Below, piece after piece: positions 1 to 13,530 of a stretch of DNA of 64,000 nt. The translations under genes were made by a program, and so were the position numbers. The DNA is taken from NCBI GenBank assembly GCA_030295235.1, contig AP026147.1, forward strand, positions 434,001-498,000. Direction: 5' to 3'. Position 1 is the stretch's first letter. Each line of letters opens with the position of its first letter. Source of the DNA: Fistulifera solaris. Lineage: Eukaryota. The notes under the pieces are model-generated. The model ran no database searches. It saw nothing but the letters and a program-made list of their open reading frames with translations, and was not told where the DNA came from.

Positions 1-183
1 CCTTCCGAGGACCGAGCCATTCGTGCCGTGGTGCAAAAAATTTATCAACGAGGAGGATTGAATGCCTTTTTCACGGGTACCCAAGCTAGAATTGTGCATG
101 TTGGAATGATTATTACATCCCAATTGGTCATTTACGACATGGTGAAGCAAATGCTGGGCCTACCTGCCACCGGATCGCATTAA
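1..183 (+). CDS. C-terminal end of a mitochondrial carrier (phosphate-carrier-like), 5' part outside window
   Basis: Frame 1 reads ...IYQRGGLNAFFTGTQARIVHVGMIITSQLVIYDMVKQMLGLPATGSH*, resembling the last SLC25 repeat and the phosphate-carrier tail. Stop at 181-183. Confidence 0.7.
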   Translation, partial: PSEDRAIRAVVQKIYQRGGLNAFFTGTQARIVHVGMIITSQLVIYDMVKQMLGLPATGSH

Positions 184-541
184 TTGCAAGTTAACTTATT
201 GCAGCTAGTAGATTCTGCCGAGAACGAATCATCGTCCAAGCTTTCTTATTCCGTGTCAAAAGCGTGACTGATATACAGTCGTGGTTAAGGGAAACTAACA
301 CTTTAGTACTATAGTAGTTCGACTTTGTCGCAGAGGTGCGTTACTCCGCGTTTCAAAATGTCTCCGTATCCTTTTTTACGTAAAAAGTGCCGTAGCCGTA
401 TCCATTCGATAGACACACACACACGCGAACGCCGCGAAAGCAAAAAAGAGCAACGGAAGCAAATTCCAATGAAGCCTTGTGGTAGTTGAAGTTGCTGAAG
501 ACTCGAAACAAAGAACAACAACTGAAACAAACAAAAACATC

Positions 542-2281
542 ATGAAATTATACATTCTATTCTTGTCGTTCTTGGCGGCCGAAGCATTCGTAGTACCGGC
601 ACGAAGATCATCGGCAGTCACGTTCCTTCGCGAACAACCCGATGAAGAAGCCGCCGAAAGCTCGCACGAAGAAATCAAAGCGTACCGCTCCCAATTGAGT
701 TCGAATGCAGAACGATCCAGTGATAAGGTTCGTACAGAAGTTGTTTTCCGCTTGTCTTCCTTCGAGCCGTAACTCACCTCGATCGATCACACAGCCGATT
801 GATGTCGTCATGAAGTTCGGAGGTAGTTCCTTGGCCAATTTGGAACGTATAGATCATGTAGCACATTTGATTCAAGATCAAATCTCGTACGGATACCGTC
901 CTAGGGCTATTGTCTGTTCCGCCATGGGCAAGACGACCAATTCTTTGCTCTCGGCCGGTGATTTTGCTTTGGGTGAGTGGGGTGCTTGCGACGTGTTGTG
1001 TTCCTTGGATTCAATAGTATCTCACACTCCAATTTTATTTGTGCGGATCATAACAGAGGGACGTGTCAACATTGATGCCATTCGAACGCTTCATACTTCC
1101 ACTATGAAAGCTTTTGACATGCCCGAAAGCACCGTCAAGGAAGTGACAGAATTGTTACAAGAGTGTGAAGATATGCTCAATGGTGTCCGTCTCATTCAAG
1201 AATTGAGTCCGAAATCACTCGATCAACTTGTTTCTTACGGAGAGCGTTGTAGTGTTCGCATCATGGCAGCGCGGTTGAATCAGATTGGAGTACCTGCCCA
1301 AGCCTTTGATGCCTGGGAAGTCGGTGTCTTGACTTCGGCGGAATTTGGAGATGCCCGACTCTTACCGTCGGCGGAAAAGGCCATCCGTGACGCGTTCGAT
1401 AAAATCGATCCCAATATTGTGGCCGTGGTTACTGGATTCATCGGTCATGATCCCAAGAAACGCATCACGACGCTGGGACGCGGTGGCAGTGATTTGACGG
1501 CCACCGCATTGGGCAGTGCCTTGGCATTGGACGAAATTCAGGTATGGAAAGATGTCGACGGAATTTTGACCAGTGATCCACGTTTGGTACCCAACGCGCA
1601 ACCCGTCAGTGACGTAAGCTACGAAGAAGCGGCCGAGTTGGCCTACTTTGGTGCCCAAGTGCTACATCCGGTGGCCATGCAACCGGCCATGAAGAAAAAT
1701 GTTCCCGTCCGTGTCAAAAACTCGTACAACCCCGTGGCACCGGGAACGATCATTCAGCACGAAAAAGTGAACGACCGATTGGTCACCGCAATTACGTACA
1801 AGAGAGCCATCAAATGATGGATTTGCATTCCACGCAAATGTTGGGGGCCTATGGATTCTTGGCACGCGTATTCTCCGAATTTGAAAAACATAAACTGTCG
1901 GTGGACGTGTTGGCTTCCTCAGAGGTCAGTGTGAGTTTAACGCTCGACAAAAAGCAAGATTCGGCCGAAATTGACGGACTGGTGAAGGATCTGGAAGGAT
2001 ATGCCGATGTCGTTTTGGAGGAGAACAAAAGTATTTTGACCTTAATTGCCGATGTCGAACGGAGTTCTGAGGTGCTGGCTACTGTTTTCCGAGTATTCAG
2101 CATGAGTGGAATCAAAGTCAAGATGATGAGTCAGGGTGCTTCCAAAGTAAATATTTCTTTTGTTGTGGACGATGATGAACTGGAAAGGGCTGTTCTTGAA
2201 CTGCACAAATGCTTCTTTGAAGATGAATGCAGCGTACCACTCGCGAAGAGCAAAGCACCAGCAGCTATGGCGGCTCCTTAA
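542..2281 (+). CDS. lysC: Aspartate kinase (monofunctional, ACT domains), plastid-targeted
   Basis: Motifs VMKFGGSS, SYGERCS, TTLGRGGSDLTA, WKDVDG and ELAYFGAQVLHP, plus C-terminal ACT domains. Presequence MKLYILFLSFLAAEA-FVVP. GT-AG introns 728-794 and 973-1056. One-base frameshift near 1814. Confidence 0.93.
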
Positions 2282-2563
2282 ATCTTGTGCGCTCTCTGCA
2301 ATCACTGGTCGAAATACAATATAGACGACCTCTAATATCAGTTTTTCAACGGTATCAATGATAGACATCTTTGTGCTAAAAGTAGTTCATGGATGTGATT
2401 GTAATATCATGACACTTTGGATTCATTGCAAGTTCATGCCGTTGCATTCCTTATTGCCAGCCTATAATAGGTTTCTGTAAATGATGACCACATGCGGATA
2501 AATGAAATGAGTTACGATTTAAGGTGGATATGTAGCATCTAATATACAATTATCGCAATATAG

Positions 2564-3921
2564 CTAATCCAAATCAATAACTTCATCATCCTCGCCATGA
2601 TCCTCGTGCTCATCTTCATAAACAACTTCGTACTCATCTTCTTCTTCAAAGGGCATACCAGCATCGGGAGCGTCATCCGGTGCAACATTCCATTTACTAG
2701 CTTCATCTTCCATTCGCTTGCGCCGTTGGCGTTCCATCTCCGCTAACTCTTCCGGTGTCTTTTCTTTTACATTGTTCTTCCGGCGATGCTCCTCACGGCG
2801 ACGATCGCGTTCGGCACGTCGACCTTCTCTTGTGCCATCGTTTTCAGTACTGCTGGTCCCTGCGTTGGAAGCTTTTTCTTTTGTCGCGTCTGTTGTTCCT
2901 TACGCCGCTGTCGTTTCTGTCGTTCCTCTTCGACCAATTTTTTCGTTCGTGTTTTGACGGATGGAAGACTGGGAATTTTCTCCGTGGCCTTCGTTCTCCG
3001 AACGACACTCGCCACCAAGTTACTCATGGTCCCGTAGCTCACAGAAGTATTTTCATCCAACGTGGCATAACTGGTAATCAGGCGCTTACCATCCTTATCA
3101 AGACTTCCACTGAGTTTCTCCAGCACCACAAAACGAGGTTCCTCGCCTTGCAGTTCTGGCAAGTATTCTTCCAGATTTTTCACATACAAGACGCTGGAGT
3201 CAATAGAAGCAAACGTCACCTTGGGGAACTCTTCTAGTAACTTGGACATGGCGTCTTTAAGATAAGCAGGAGCCTTCTTGGATCCTTTTAACAAGAGCCC
3301 GCATATCGGCTGATTCAAGCACTTGACTTTCAGATCCTGTGTCGTCTCAATTTTCGCTGCATGTGGCTCTAGTTTCATTTTCAGAGCTTTTACCAGCATC
3401 GCACCTGTTTTCAAATGTTTGGCGGGGATCTGCGTCGGCGCTTCGACTCCTTTTCCGGAAACGAAAACAGTCGGACGGACCGATGTATCGAGTTTGAACC
3501 GATCCGCGATGGATTTTCCGGAAGCTGGTAAGACGTACTGACAGTCCAAGAGTCGAAAATGCGCACGAGACGATCCCTCCTTGAAGGCATCGCTGAAAAC
3601 AGAACTGATGGGAGCCGTGCTGGCTTCATCCTGACACAAAACGGCATACGATCGTCCCGAATCCCCTTCACCAAACAATACGTCCCGCAGTTCTAATTCA
3701 TCGTGAACATTGACTCGAACGAGCTGTGTTATGAACTTTTGTGAGTGTTGATCGTTGTATTTACTTATCGTCTACTGAAACGTTGACTTACATCAGCTGT
3801 CATTCCCTTGATAAACTGATACGCCAACAGAGCCAAACCGATCCCTATCGCAGGGATGATGAGCTTATCGATCGGGGGAGGAGTCCCATTTTTCGGTTTT
3901 TTTCACTTTAGGAGGTGCCAT
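2564..3921 (-). CDS. Membrane-anchored hypothetical protein, possible thioredoxin-like fold, acidic C-terminus
   Basis: Exon 1 MAPPKVKKP...IIPAIGIGLALLAYQFIKG contains a TM helix. Intron about 3724-3791, then the long ORF 2767-3678, a frameshift near 2870 and an acidic tail ending EVIDLD*. Confidence 0.65.
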
Positions 3922-4293
3922 GGTAAGAATAAGATTGAATCCTTTGTCTTGACTATACCAGGTACCAGGTAATGCGAAAAAGTTGGGATGCTGTGATACC
4001 TGTGATGCTTTTGTTGCGTGGTGGGTTGTCGAGTGGTGTGTGTTTCATGAGGGATGAGGGATGAGGCTAAAAATCACGTTTTACAACAGGGCGCTCAAAC
4101 CGATCCGATTTAAAAACGATATTGGACAGACTGTACAAAGTTGTACTGTATGTCGCTGTCGTTTACCGCCTTACTAAAACGAAGGCATCGAGCCGAGGCA
4201 TCGTTTTTCACGGTCGATGCAGTTTACCTCGACGCTGCGGATACGAAACTCGTCTGGGACTCTCTTTCATTCAGATTCGTTGAAACTGAATAG

Positions 4294-4689
<396 letters not shown>

Positions 4690-5364
4690 ACAATAACATA
4701 GTAGCTGCAAATTGTCACAGCAGTTGTCAAATCGTGTCGCGTCTTGTCGTGTTCGCTATCTGCAAGATCATGTAGGAAGTTTTTGTGCTATCGATGAAAT
4801 AATAAAAGCTTTTGAAAATCAGACATGATAGCATCTTGTATAAATCTTGTTGGGATTCTCTTTGCGATATGGAAATAACATCGACCATGGGGGCGGAAAA
4901 ACCCAGCTTCCTTGTCTTTTGAATTACTTCACGGCCACCACTAGATCAAATCTAATATCTTGGCGCAAAAGTCGCTGTTCTATTGATTCCAATTACTAGA
5001 ACTTAGAATAAATGTTTGCCATTTGCCTCAAAAAAAAGATGCTTCGTAACAGCTTCGTACCTGGTAGTTCTTTGAGTCCTGAGTTCTCGGTTGAACTGAT
5101 TGAGTCAAGGGTGTAGAGTAGAAAAAAGTGTAGACGACGCACTGATTGCACCTTTGTTCTTTGCATTGACCGGTACTCACGGGTACAGTAACTTCTATAC
5201 GATTGCAATGACATTTCTGGGCTTTGCCGTCGACGTCAGCATCATGGCGCGCACCGCGAAAAAGTGAAAGAAAAAGAAATGCGCGCCAAACTCGCTTTCG
5301 ATTTTTCGTCATAAAAAACTCAGGAAAGGAATAGCGAGAAAGCTCGCCACCATGAGCCACAAAT

Positions 5365-6194
5365 ATGACAACCGAAGATAAAGATGACATTGTTGCACCA
5401 ACGGATCTTCTCCCACATGATGTAGTGCTCGGGAAGATGGCCAGTGGGAACTTTTCGTCGCCAGGGAATCGTTTATTCAAGCAATTTCTGATGAAAAGAA
5501 ACGCGATTATAGCCAGGTCTCAAGTCATTCGGGGAAAAAACGATTTCATGCGCAATGTGTAGATGAATGGTGCAACAGAATGGATGGACGATTTTTGTTC
5601 AGAGAAACGACGATACTATGTACTGTTGTCAAGTCAGACGAAGATAGAGCTAAGCTGCTGACAAAGGTAAATGCTCTCATGCGAAATCTCCCCTCTCCTT
5701 CGTCGTCACAGGCGGCTGAATCAGAGATTGGGTCTGCCACCGTACCACTACATGAGGAGTCACATACGACTCCCAAAAAGCAAAGAAAGCCCATTGCCAG
5801 CGTCGCTACTTCAGTGACGGTCTCTTCTACCTCCTCTGACGCTAGTGAATCGGAGGGTAATGAGTCTCAAGACCCGGCATCGATTGCAAGTCCGGTTGAG
5901 ACTACACCGGATACACGTAAGAAACCATCACTATCCGTTGTGACGGAAGAGAAATTACTAGAAGACTCTCCTGTCAAAGCGAAGTCAGAAGACACCCACA
6001 CCTCTGACGCTCTCATATCTTCGGATTCTAGTACAGACGAAGTGCAAAATTCGGATAATAAAACGAAGGAAACGCCAGCGGCTCTCTCCAAGAAGAATCA
6101 GCTGCGGCCTTCCCCCACATCTATAACGGGGTTTCATCAAGTTCAGGAAGATGAGACGGTCCGAGAGGAAAGCTCTCCATTGCTACAAATGTAA
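5365..6194 (+). CDS. Diatom DUF6824-like protein with Ser/Thr-rich tail (3' end uncertain)
   Basis: PHDVVLGK...PGNRLF...GRFL resembles the diatom-expanded DVLxGRG...GN domain. Split across two ORFs by an indel near 5550. Confidence 0.5.
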
Positions 6195-6837
6195 CTTCTA
6201 CGTTTGACCATGGCATGCCTCGAATGCCTTCTCGAATAACCGGCCATATGCTTCAGCACGTCTATTTCGTCACAATTAGACGGCGCAAAAGATTCTCAGC
6301 CTGTCTCTGTCGCGCGTCGCGCGCTTGTTAGGACTGCACCCTGTCGGCCTTCGAGACTGCCTAGGTAGATTCAATAGGAAGCATGGATCAATGTAACCGG
6401 CCGTATACTGTCAATAAGGATGCTTAATGTTTCAACAATTGATTTGCCAGGGCGATGTACCATACGCTATAGCTTTTTACCTAGTTGAAGAGAAATATGC
6501 CGATCGAGTAAAGTTCATGACATGATTGCATCTTCCCCACGGACGTCACGAGCGATGACGTGTTCAATAACGCTATCCCTATGGTACCAATAAAGTTCTC
6601 ACCTCGCAAGCATAGAAGAAAGTTCAGTTTTCGTAAGAAAGCGCAAATGAAGACTAATTGCTGCAACTTTGCGCAAGAACTGAACTTGTCTCACAGCTCA
6701 CAGTCTTTGTTAAAACGAAGGGCGGGTAAAGAGTGCGTGAAGGTCATCGAAATAATTTTAAAAAAGTCGACTTGCCGGGACTAGAAATAAGTGAGTCGCA
6801 AAACTCCATGCGCTATAGTACACATTCATTTTCTCGT

Positions 6838-7050
6838 AACGAGAGTTATTGATTGATTGAGTCACGAGTTACGATTCAACGTATGACGGACTTACGTCCG
6901 TGTATTGGAGAGCAATCTTGTTCGAACGTAAGAAGTAGGATGATAATTATATAGTGTGTTGTGAGTTACCGATTGGCTTTGTTATCGAAGTTGATCTTGT
7001 TATTGCGGTTATTCATTGGATAATCGCTCAGAGGAACATTTATCTTCGCT
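6838..7050 (+). repeat. 5' LTR (213 bp)
   Basis: Identical to 13318-13530 except one base (C6899 vs A13379). Confidence 0.97.
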
Positions 7051-7064
7051 GGTTATGAGCCCAG
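7051..7064 (+). promoter_or_regulatory. Primer-binding site, copia-type (internal tRNAi-Met priming)
   Basis: GGTTATGAGCCCAG lies directly after the LTR and closely resembles the Drosophila copia/Ty5-type PBS GGTTATGGGCCCAG. Confidence 0.75.
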
Positions 7065-7135
7065 GTCACGCCGATTGGATTTGATTCGATTGAAAAGCGT
7101 GAATCTGAGTGTGTTGAAGTCATTCTCTCTGGTGG

Positions 7136-8780
7136 ATGACTGATCGTGGAGAAGAAGAAGAAAGCCTTCCATCGTTACAGGAAGAAGAAGAGGAGCCCGA
7201 CAGGCTTCATTTGAACGTTTTCTGGCAAGGAGAAAGAGATTCGGATTCGGATTCGGAGTCGGAAGAAGAAGAAGAACAGGATTCGGATTCAGAGTCGGAA
7301 GAAGAAGAAGAAAAGATGGCCGACGACGATAATTTGGACTATTTGAGCCAGAAACTCGGAGTTGCTCTTTGAGCGACCGACCGTACCACCCAGGAAGTTA
7401 AGAAGAAGAAACCTTTGGTCGAAGCTAAGGATCGAGAAAGTATGAAGCCGAAGGAGAAGTCCCAGCTGCATGAAATTGCTACGGCGGGCATCGAAACGAA
7501 GTTCGAGATCATGGATTCGATCAATTTGAATGATGGAGAAGCGGTTGCAACTCTGTCGAAGGCATACCGTGTTGATTTACGACGCTGAAGTTCCCGTGCG
7601 GTGGCGAACGATATGACATGGATGATGTTTTTCAGATTCCGTCAGAGTTTGTGGCGCACCCGGATTTTTCGGTGCCGATTCCGACCGCACGCAGCGAAAT
7701 GGTGAATTTGTTTACTGGATATTACAAGTTGGATATGGATACTATCAAGAAAGCTTGTGATTTCTACGCGGTGCGAGGTGCAGATTGGCAGGTCGAGAAT
7801 TTGCAATGGACTGGGGAATTGATCCTCAACTGTTGCTCGCCCGACTTGCGAACTCGGATTGAGACACAGGCCCAGAGTGTACCCTACGGAAAGAGGCCTA
7901 CCAGAGCGGGCCGGTCTACTTTAAGATGATGATGGATTACGTTATCGCATGCGTGATTCGTCGGCTATCCGAGGGCTTATCAGTCAGTTCGAGTCGATTA
8001 CGGTTAAGAACTTTCCGGGAGAAAATGTGCGCGACTATAATACGGTTGCGGTGGGCGTTTACAATATGCTCGCAAATTCGATGAACTTATCGGCTAATGC
8101 GGCGATTCCGGATATGGCGAAGCTTGTGAAGCGTGGATTGATCGCGAGCTCTACCGGAGTTTAATAGCGATTTGACAGCCCATTCGGTGCTATTGGGACG
8201 CGATTGTACCGTTGAGGCTTTGACTGATAAAGCCAACGAGTTGTATTCTGGCTTATTGGGAGCAAGTCTTTGGGTTGCTGGCGATGGAAAGCAAAGCGAC
8301 TCTGGATTCTTTGCCGGTAACTGCTATGAGTGCGGTGAGAAAGGACATAAGTCTGTCGATTGTCCGAAGAAGAAGAAGGACGGCGATGGAAATAACAACT
8401 CTGGCAACCGTGGTTCGGGCAATGGTCGTGGAAATGGCCGTGGTGGACGCGGAGGCCGTGGAGGAGGTCGTGGTGGTCGTGGGCGGACGCTGGTGGTGGA
8501 AGAGGCGGAGGCGATTCGAACGGCTCGAATGACAAGAAAGAAAAGGATCCCTTCAGTACCCCGCCCAAGAAAGGCGAAAGTCACACGAAGACCATCAATG
8601 GAAAGACTTACTACTGGTGTGGACGGTGCAATCGTTGGGTCGATCACGACACCGACCAGCATCGAGCTATGTTAGCGTTAAAAGCGAGCTTGAACCTTCG
8701 GATACCAAGTCGTCTGACAAGTCGGATGACAAGAAGGAGTCCGGCAACTTCGCGAGGGCGTTTGACGCCCGCGTTTTTAA
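7136..8780 (+). CDS. gag: gag of the copia element (frameshifted in the assembly)
   Basis: Acidic N-terminus, CCHC knuckle CYECGEKGHKSVDC (about 8322-8363), RGG-rich tract and a second WCGRCNRWVDH motif. Confidence 0.8.
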
Positions 8781-11700
8781 TGGGCCGCTTCAGTGGTTTT
8801 CTGGACCGCTGGAGCAGATGGCCCAAACTCTCCAGAATTGGAAAGGAGTTTATGAAGACAGTCTTCCGAAGCAAGCTCGGGATTATTGGGCTGTTACTTT
8901 GGTTGCTTATGGTTGGAGTTATGATTTTCGGGCGATTGTCGATGGTTCGTGTTCGACGTCGATTATTTTGATGGAAATGCCACTTCGCTTGCATTTTATG
9001 GCGGAGGGTGTGTTAGGATTTGGTTCTGTTGCCCCAGTTTGGTTTGACGTTACACGCAGACCGATTGTGCGCGACAGAGAGAGAGTTGGAAAGAAGAAGC
9101 GACGTCGCTGCCGTGGTTTCGCGAGGAGCAAGACTCGGGAGTCAAAACGCTACCTAAACGTCCTGGATTCCTAGGAGACGAGATTTCTGAGTGGATTAAA
9201 GGATGGGCAGATATACCCGTTCGCTATGTTCCTACGATTCCTGAGATGTTCGATGAAGCGTGCCGTGCCAATCCTGAACTTTTGGATCTCCTCTGTGGTT
9301 TTGGTCGATTCAAATGGCTACGGTGCCTCTCGTTGACAGAAAATCTGGCATTGACAGACAATCTGGTTACCTGCTTAGCGACACTCAAGCCGCTTGCGTA
9401 CAACAATCTGAGTCCTGTTGATGGATGTGTTCAATTACAGAGCGTCTACTTTGGTGCAATGAATGATACGCCCTATTGTGTTCGATACTGGCGCGTCAAC
9501 TGGTGTTACCCCACATCGCGATGATTTTATTGACTTCACTCCGAGTGATTCGTCTTTGACCGAGATCGCTCAGCAAGCACGAAGTTTGTGGTTCGGGTAG
9601 TGTATCCTGGACGGTTCGAGATGATACTGGACAAGAGCATGAATTGAAAACGCGGGCTCTTTATGTGCCTGACGCTCAAGTTCGTCTCTTTAGTCCACAA
9701 GTGCATTTGCAGATCGAAGCTAGAGGGGGTCGTGGTGAATTTCGAGTCACGGAAAAGGGTTCTGTCTTTCGATTTCCTTTTACGAAGAAGTCGTTGACGT
9801 TCCATGACACATGACCGACTTCCGATTGCACGTCTAGCTACGGATGTTGTTGACGACCTCTCTGCGTTTCCGAGTTTTACGCCGCCTCAGGTTGCGGTGG
9901 AAGAAAATGTCCATCTTTCACCAGGGCAGTGCGAGTTGAAACTGTTACACGATCGTTTGGGACACTTTAATTTCCCTTGGATTCAGCAACTCACGCGAGT
10001 TCGAGAGGGGGATAGAGTGCAGGAGCCCATTTTGCGAACAAAATACAAGTCTACGTCCTCTTGTGCGCCGCCGATCTGTGCTTCGTGTCAGTTTGGCAAG
10101 GCAAAACGAAAGGCTATTGGAACGGAAAACAAGTCGAAAGTCCCAGAGAGAGACGGTTCGTTGAAAGAAGGTATCTTGACGCCAGGTCAGATGGTATCGA
10201 CGGATCAGTACGTGTCAAGTGTGTCGGGTCGACGATCGCATACTTACGGGAAAGAGCAAGAGCAAGACAAGTTCAAGTGTGGGACAATCTTTGTGGATAC
10301 GGCTACGACGTACCTGTATGTCGAAAATCAAGTGTCCACGTCGTCAACGGAAACTATTCGATCAAAACATATGTTCAGAGAGAGCTTCGTTCGTATGGAG
10401 TTGAAGTCAAGGAGTACCGCGCAGATTTAGGAGTGTTCAAGTCGCAGGAATTTCTGAAGGATTTGGAGTTGCAAGGACAGCGAATCCATTTCTCCGGTGT
10501 CGGTGCACACCATCAGAACGGAATTGCAGAGAACGCGATCCGAACTGTGACAGAAAGCGCGAGGACGATGCTACTGCACGCGATGATTCACTGGCCAAGC
10601 GAAACGTCGGTGGACTTATGGCCATTTGCGGTAGACTATGCGGTGTACTTATGGAACAGGTTACCGAAGCAGGATTCAGGACTTGCACCGGTCGAGCTAC
10701 TGTCTGGAGTTACGATGGATATGAGTGTACTTCAGCGAATGAGAGTGTTCGGATGTCCGTGCTACGTTCTGGATACTAGGATTCAAGATGGAAAGAAATT
10801 ACCGGGCGGAAGCCGAAAAGTCGAAGAGGTCAGTTCTTGGGAATGTCGAAGCGACACGCAAGTACAATTGGGCTTATTAGGAATTTGAGAACGGGAGCGG
10901 TTTCGCCACAGTTTCACGTGGTGTACGATGACAAGTTCACGACGATTCCGTTGATTCAAAACCTGATGTCGAAGAGCCCGAACCAAAGGATTGGGAAGAG
11001 TTACTTACGTTTAGCCGAGATAAAGTTGAACCCGAGGATGGACAAGAATTACCTTTGCTACACGAGGATTGGTTGACTGACGAAGAAAAGAAACAGAGAG
11101 AGTTGTTAATTCGACGACAAACACAAGAGAGAAACTTGGCTCCGGGACCTCGCCATCGAGAACCGAGAGTCGAGCCGGATCAGATTCATGCGGATCAAGA
11201 TCAAGATGAAGTTCCTATGTTTGCTCCAGAGAGAGATGATAGTGATGATGAGGATGTGGAAGAACCTGCTCCTCGTCGAAGTGAGAGACCGCTGACGTTG
11301 GAATCGCAGTATTACGGGTTCCGATTTCGTAAATCGGCCTGTTAGTCGTGGAAGATTTTATGGGCCCGACGACGATGACAACATTGAAGAAGTTTATATT
11401 GCTGAGTGCGATATGACGAAATTCGGAAAGGAGACCGAGTCTGAGCTGATAGAGAAAGTACAGAAAGAGTTTGGTCTTCCGTCGGAGAATGAAGTTTTTC
11501 TGGCGAAGTCTGGATTTTGATGGGGACATCTTGTCGCAGGGAAATTGGGGTGCGCATGCTTTGTTGATGCGATCGAACGTCGATGAGGACGGATTGGTCG
11601 ATGATTTGCATCCTTTGGCGTTTGCTGTGAAAGCGAACAACGAAGACACTCAATTACCACCAAGCGATGAATGGACCGAATAGTGAGGGCTATCGTCAAG

Positions 11701-13242
11701 CGATGGTCGAAGAGATCGAGTCGTTGGAAAGTTTGGATCCTTGGGACGTGGTTCCGAGATCTGACGCAGTTGAAAAGGGAGCGAATATCTTGCCGAGCAC
11801 TTGGGGCGCTCAAATGCAAAAAGATACCCCGATGGTCGGATCAAGAAATTTAAGGCGAGATGGTGCATTCGCGGAGATCGTCAAATTGAGGGCGTCGATT
11901 TCTTTGAGACGTATGCCCCGGTGGTTTCGTGGAGTACCGCTCGTTTGTTGTTGATTCTGTCGATCGTCTTGGGCTTGGCTACGAAGCAAGTCGACTATAC
12001 GTTGGCGTTTGTGCAGGCTGACCTGAACGAGGAAGTGTTCTGTGAGATGCCGAAAGGATTCGAGCGTCCGGGATACGTGTTGAGATTGAAGAAAAGTGTT
12101 TATGGGTTAAGACAGAGTCCCTTGAACTTCTTTAATTGTTTGAAGAAGGGATTGGAAGATCGAGGATTTGTTCAGTCGAAGAATGAACCTTGTTTGTTTA
12201 TGTCGAGGAAAGTTGTTTGCTTGACTTACGTTGATGATTGCCTGTTCTTCGCGACGTGAGGAACGCGACATCGATGCAGTGATTGACGATCTGCGTAACA
12301 ACGAAAAGTTCCAGAGATTTCAGTTGAATATTGAAGACGATGTTGCTGGATTTCTTGGGATTTTGATTCAAAGAAAGGAAGATGGATCGATTGAGCTTTT
12401 GCAAAGGGATTGATTGATCGGATTTTAGTCACGATGGGTTTACAGGATTGTCGGACGAAGTTCGACTCCTGCTGAATCGAAAACGCTTGGAAAGGATTCT
12501 GATGGAGAAGACTGTGTTGAGAAGTGGTCGTATGCCTCAGTTGTCGGAATGATGATGTATTTGGCGTCGAACTCGCGACCAGATATTGCGTTTGCGGTGC
12601 ATCAATGTGCTAGGTTCACGCACTGCCCTAAACGTATTCACGAGATAGCATTGAAACGAATTGGTCGTTATTTGAAAGCAACGAGTGATCGAGGGATGAT
12701 TATTCGTCCGGATAAAGACTTGAGATTGGATCTTTACGTGGATGCCGATTTCGCGGGATTATGGAATTCCGAAGACGCCGAACGATCCTACGAGTGTGAA
12801 AAGTCGCATCGGGTATGTTATTACGCTTGGAGGTGTTCCGGTGCTTTGGGGATCTAAGTTGCAAAGTGAGATTTCGTTGTCTACTACGGAAGCGGAATTT
12901 ATTGCAGCGTCTATGGCAATGAGACAGTTGTTACCCGTACGCTGAAGTTATGGAAGAGCTGACGGAGCATTTCAAGATCGAAAGCGGAGTGCAGAGTCTA
13001 CTGTTTCTATTGTGTGGGAAGACAACAATGGAGCGCTTACTATGATGAACAACTCTTATCCAAAGATGACCCCTCGGACAAAGCATATTGCTTGCAAGTA
13101 TTGGTGGTTCATTTCGCATATCAAAGATGGAGAGATCGAAGCGAGACGAATCGATACAGCTGAGCAGAAGGCGGATATATTTACGAAGGGCTTGTCGAAA
13201 GGAGAGTTCGAAACAAAGCGCAGGTTATTGATGGGTTGGTGA
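8780..13242 (+). CDS. pol: pol polyprotein (protease, integrase, RT, RNase H), multiple indels
   Basis: PR: PIVFDTGAS (about 9472-9498). HHCC: LHDRLGH...CASC. IN: STDQY / RADLG / HHQNGIAE. RT: KFKARW...ETYAPV...YVDD. RH: YVDADFAG, STTEAE, EDNNGA, QKADIFTK. Confidence 0.92.
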
Positions 13243-13317
13243 GACTCGTCGAAGTTATATGTGTTTAGAGAGATTTAGGATTTTAGGAAGAAGTTCGAAG
13301 CTACGATTGAGAGAGAG

Positions 13318-13530
13318 AACGAGAGTTATTGATTGATTGAGTCACGAGTTACGATTCAACGTATGACGGACTTACGTCAGTGTATTGGAGAGCAATCTTG
13401 TTCGAACGTAAGAAGTAGGATGATAATTATATAGTGTGTTGTGAGTTACCGATTGGCTTTGTTATCGAAGTTGATCTTGTTATTGCGGTTATTCATTGGA
13501 TAATCGCTCAGAGGAACATTTATCTTCGCT
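13318..13530 (+). repeat. 3' LTR (213 bp)
   Basis: Direct repeat of 6838-7050, preceded by the polypurine tract GAGAGAGAG. Confidence 0.97.

Larger units (their letters stand above)
6838..13530 (+). mobile_element. Full-length Ty1/copia LTR retrotransposon (CoDi-like)
   Basis: Two 213-bp LTRs and a 5-bp TSD CTCGT (6833-6837, 13531-13535). PBS at 7051, purine tract before 13318. Domain order is gag-PR-IN-RT-RH, which is the copia order. Confidence 0.97.

Noticed and set aside
1805..1820. Programmed frameshift or stop-start in aspartate kinase (AAATGATG)
   Set aside because: A single missing A restores the frame, and the same error type occurs in many genes here.
7136..13242. Calling the copia element an ancient dead copy because of its many frameshifts
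   Set aside because: The LTRs are 212/213 identical and the catalytic motifs are intact, so the indels are more likely assembly errors.
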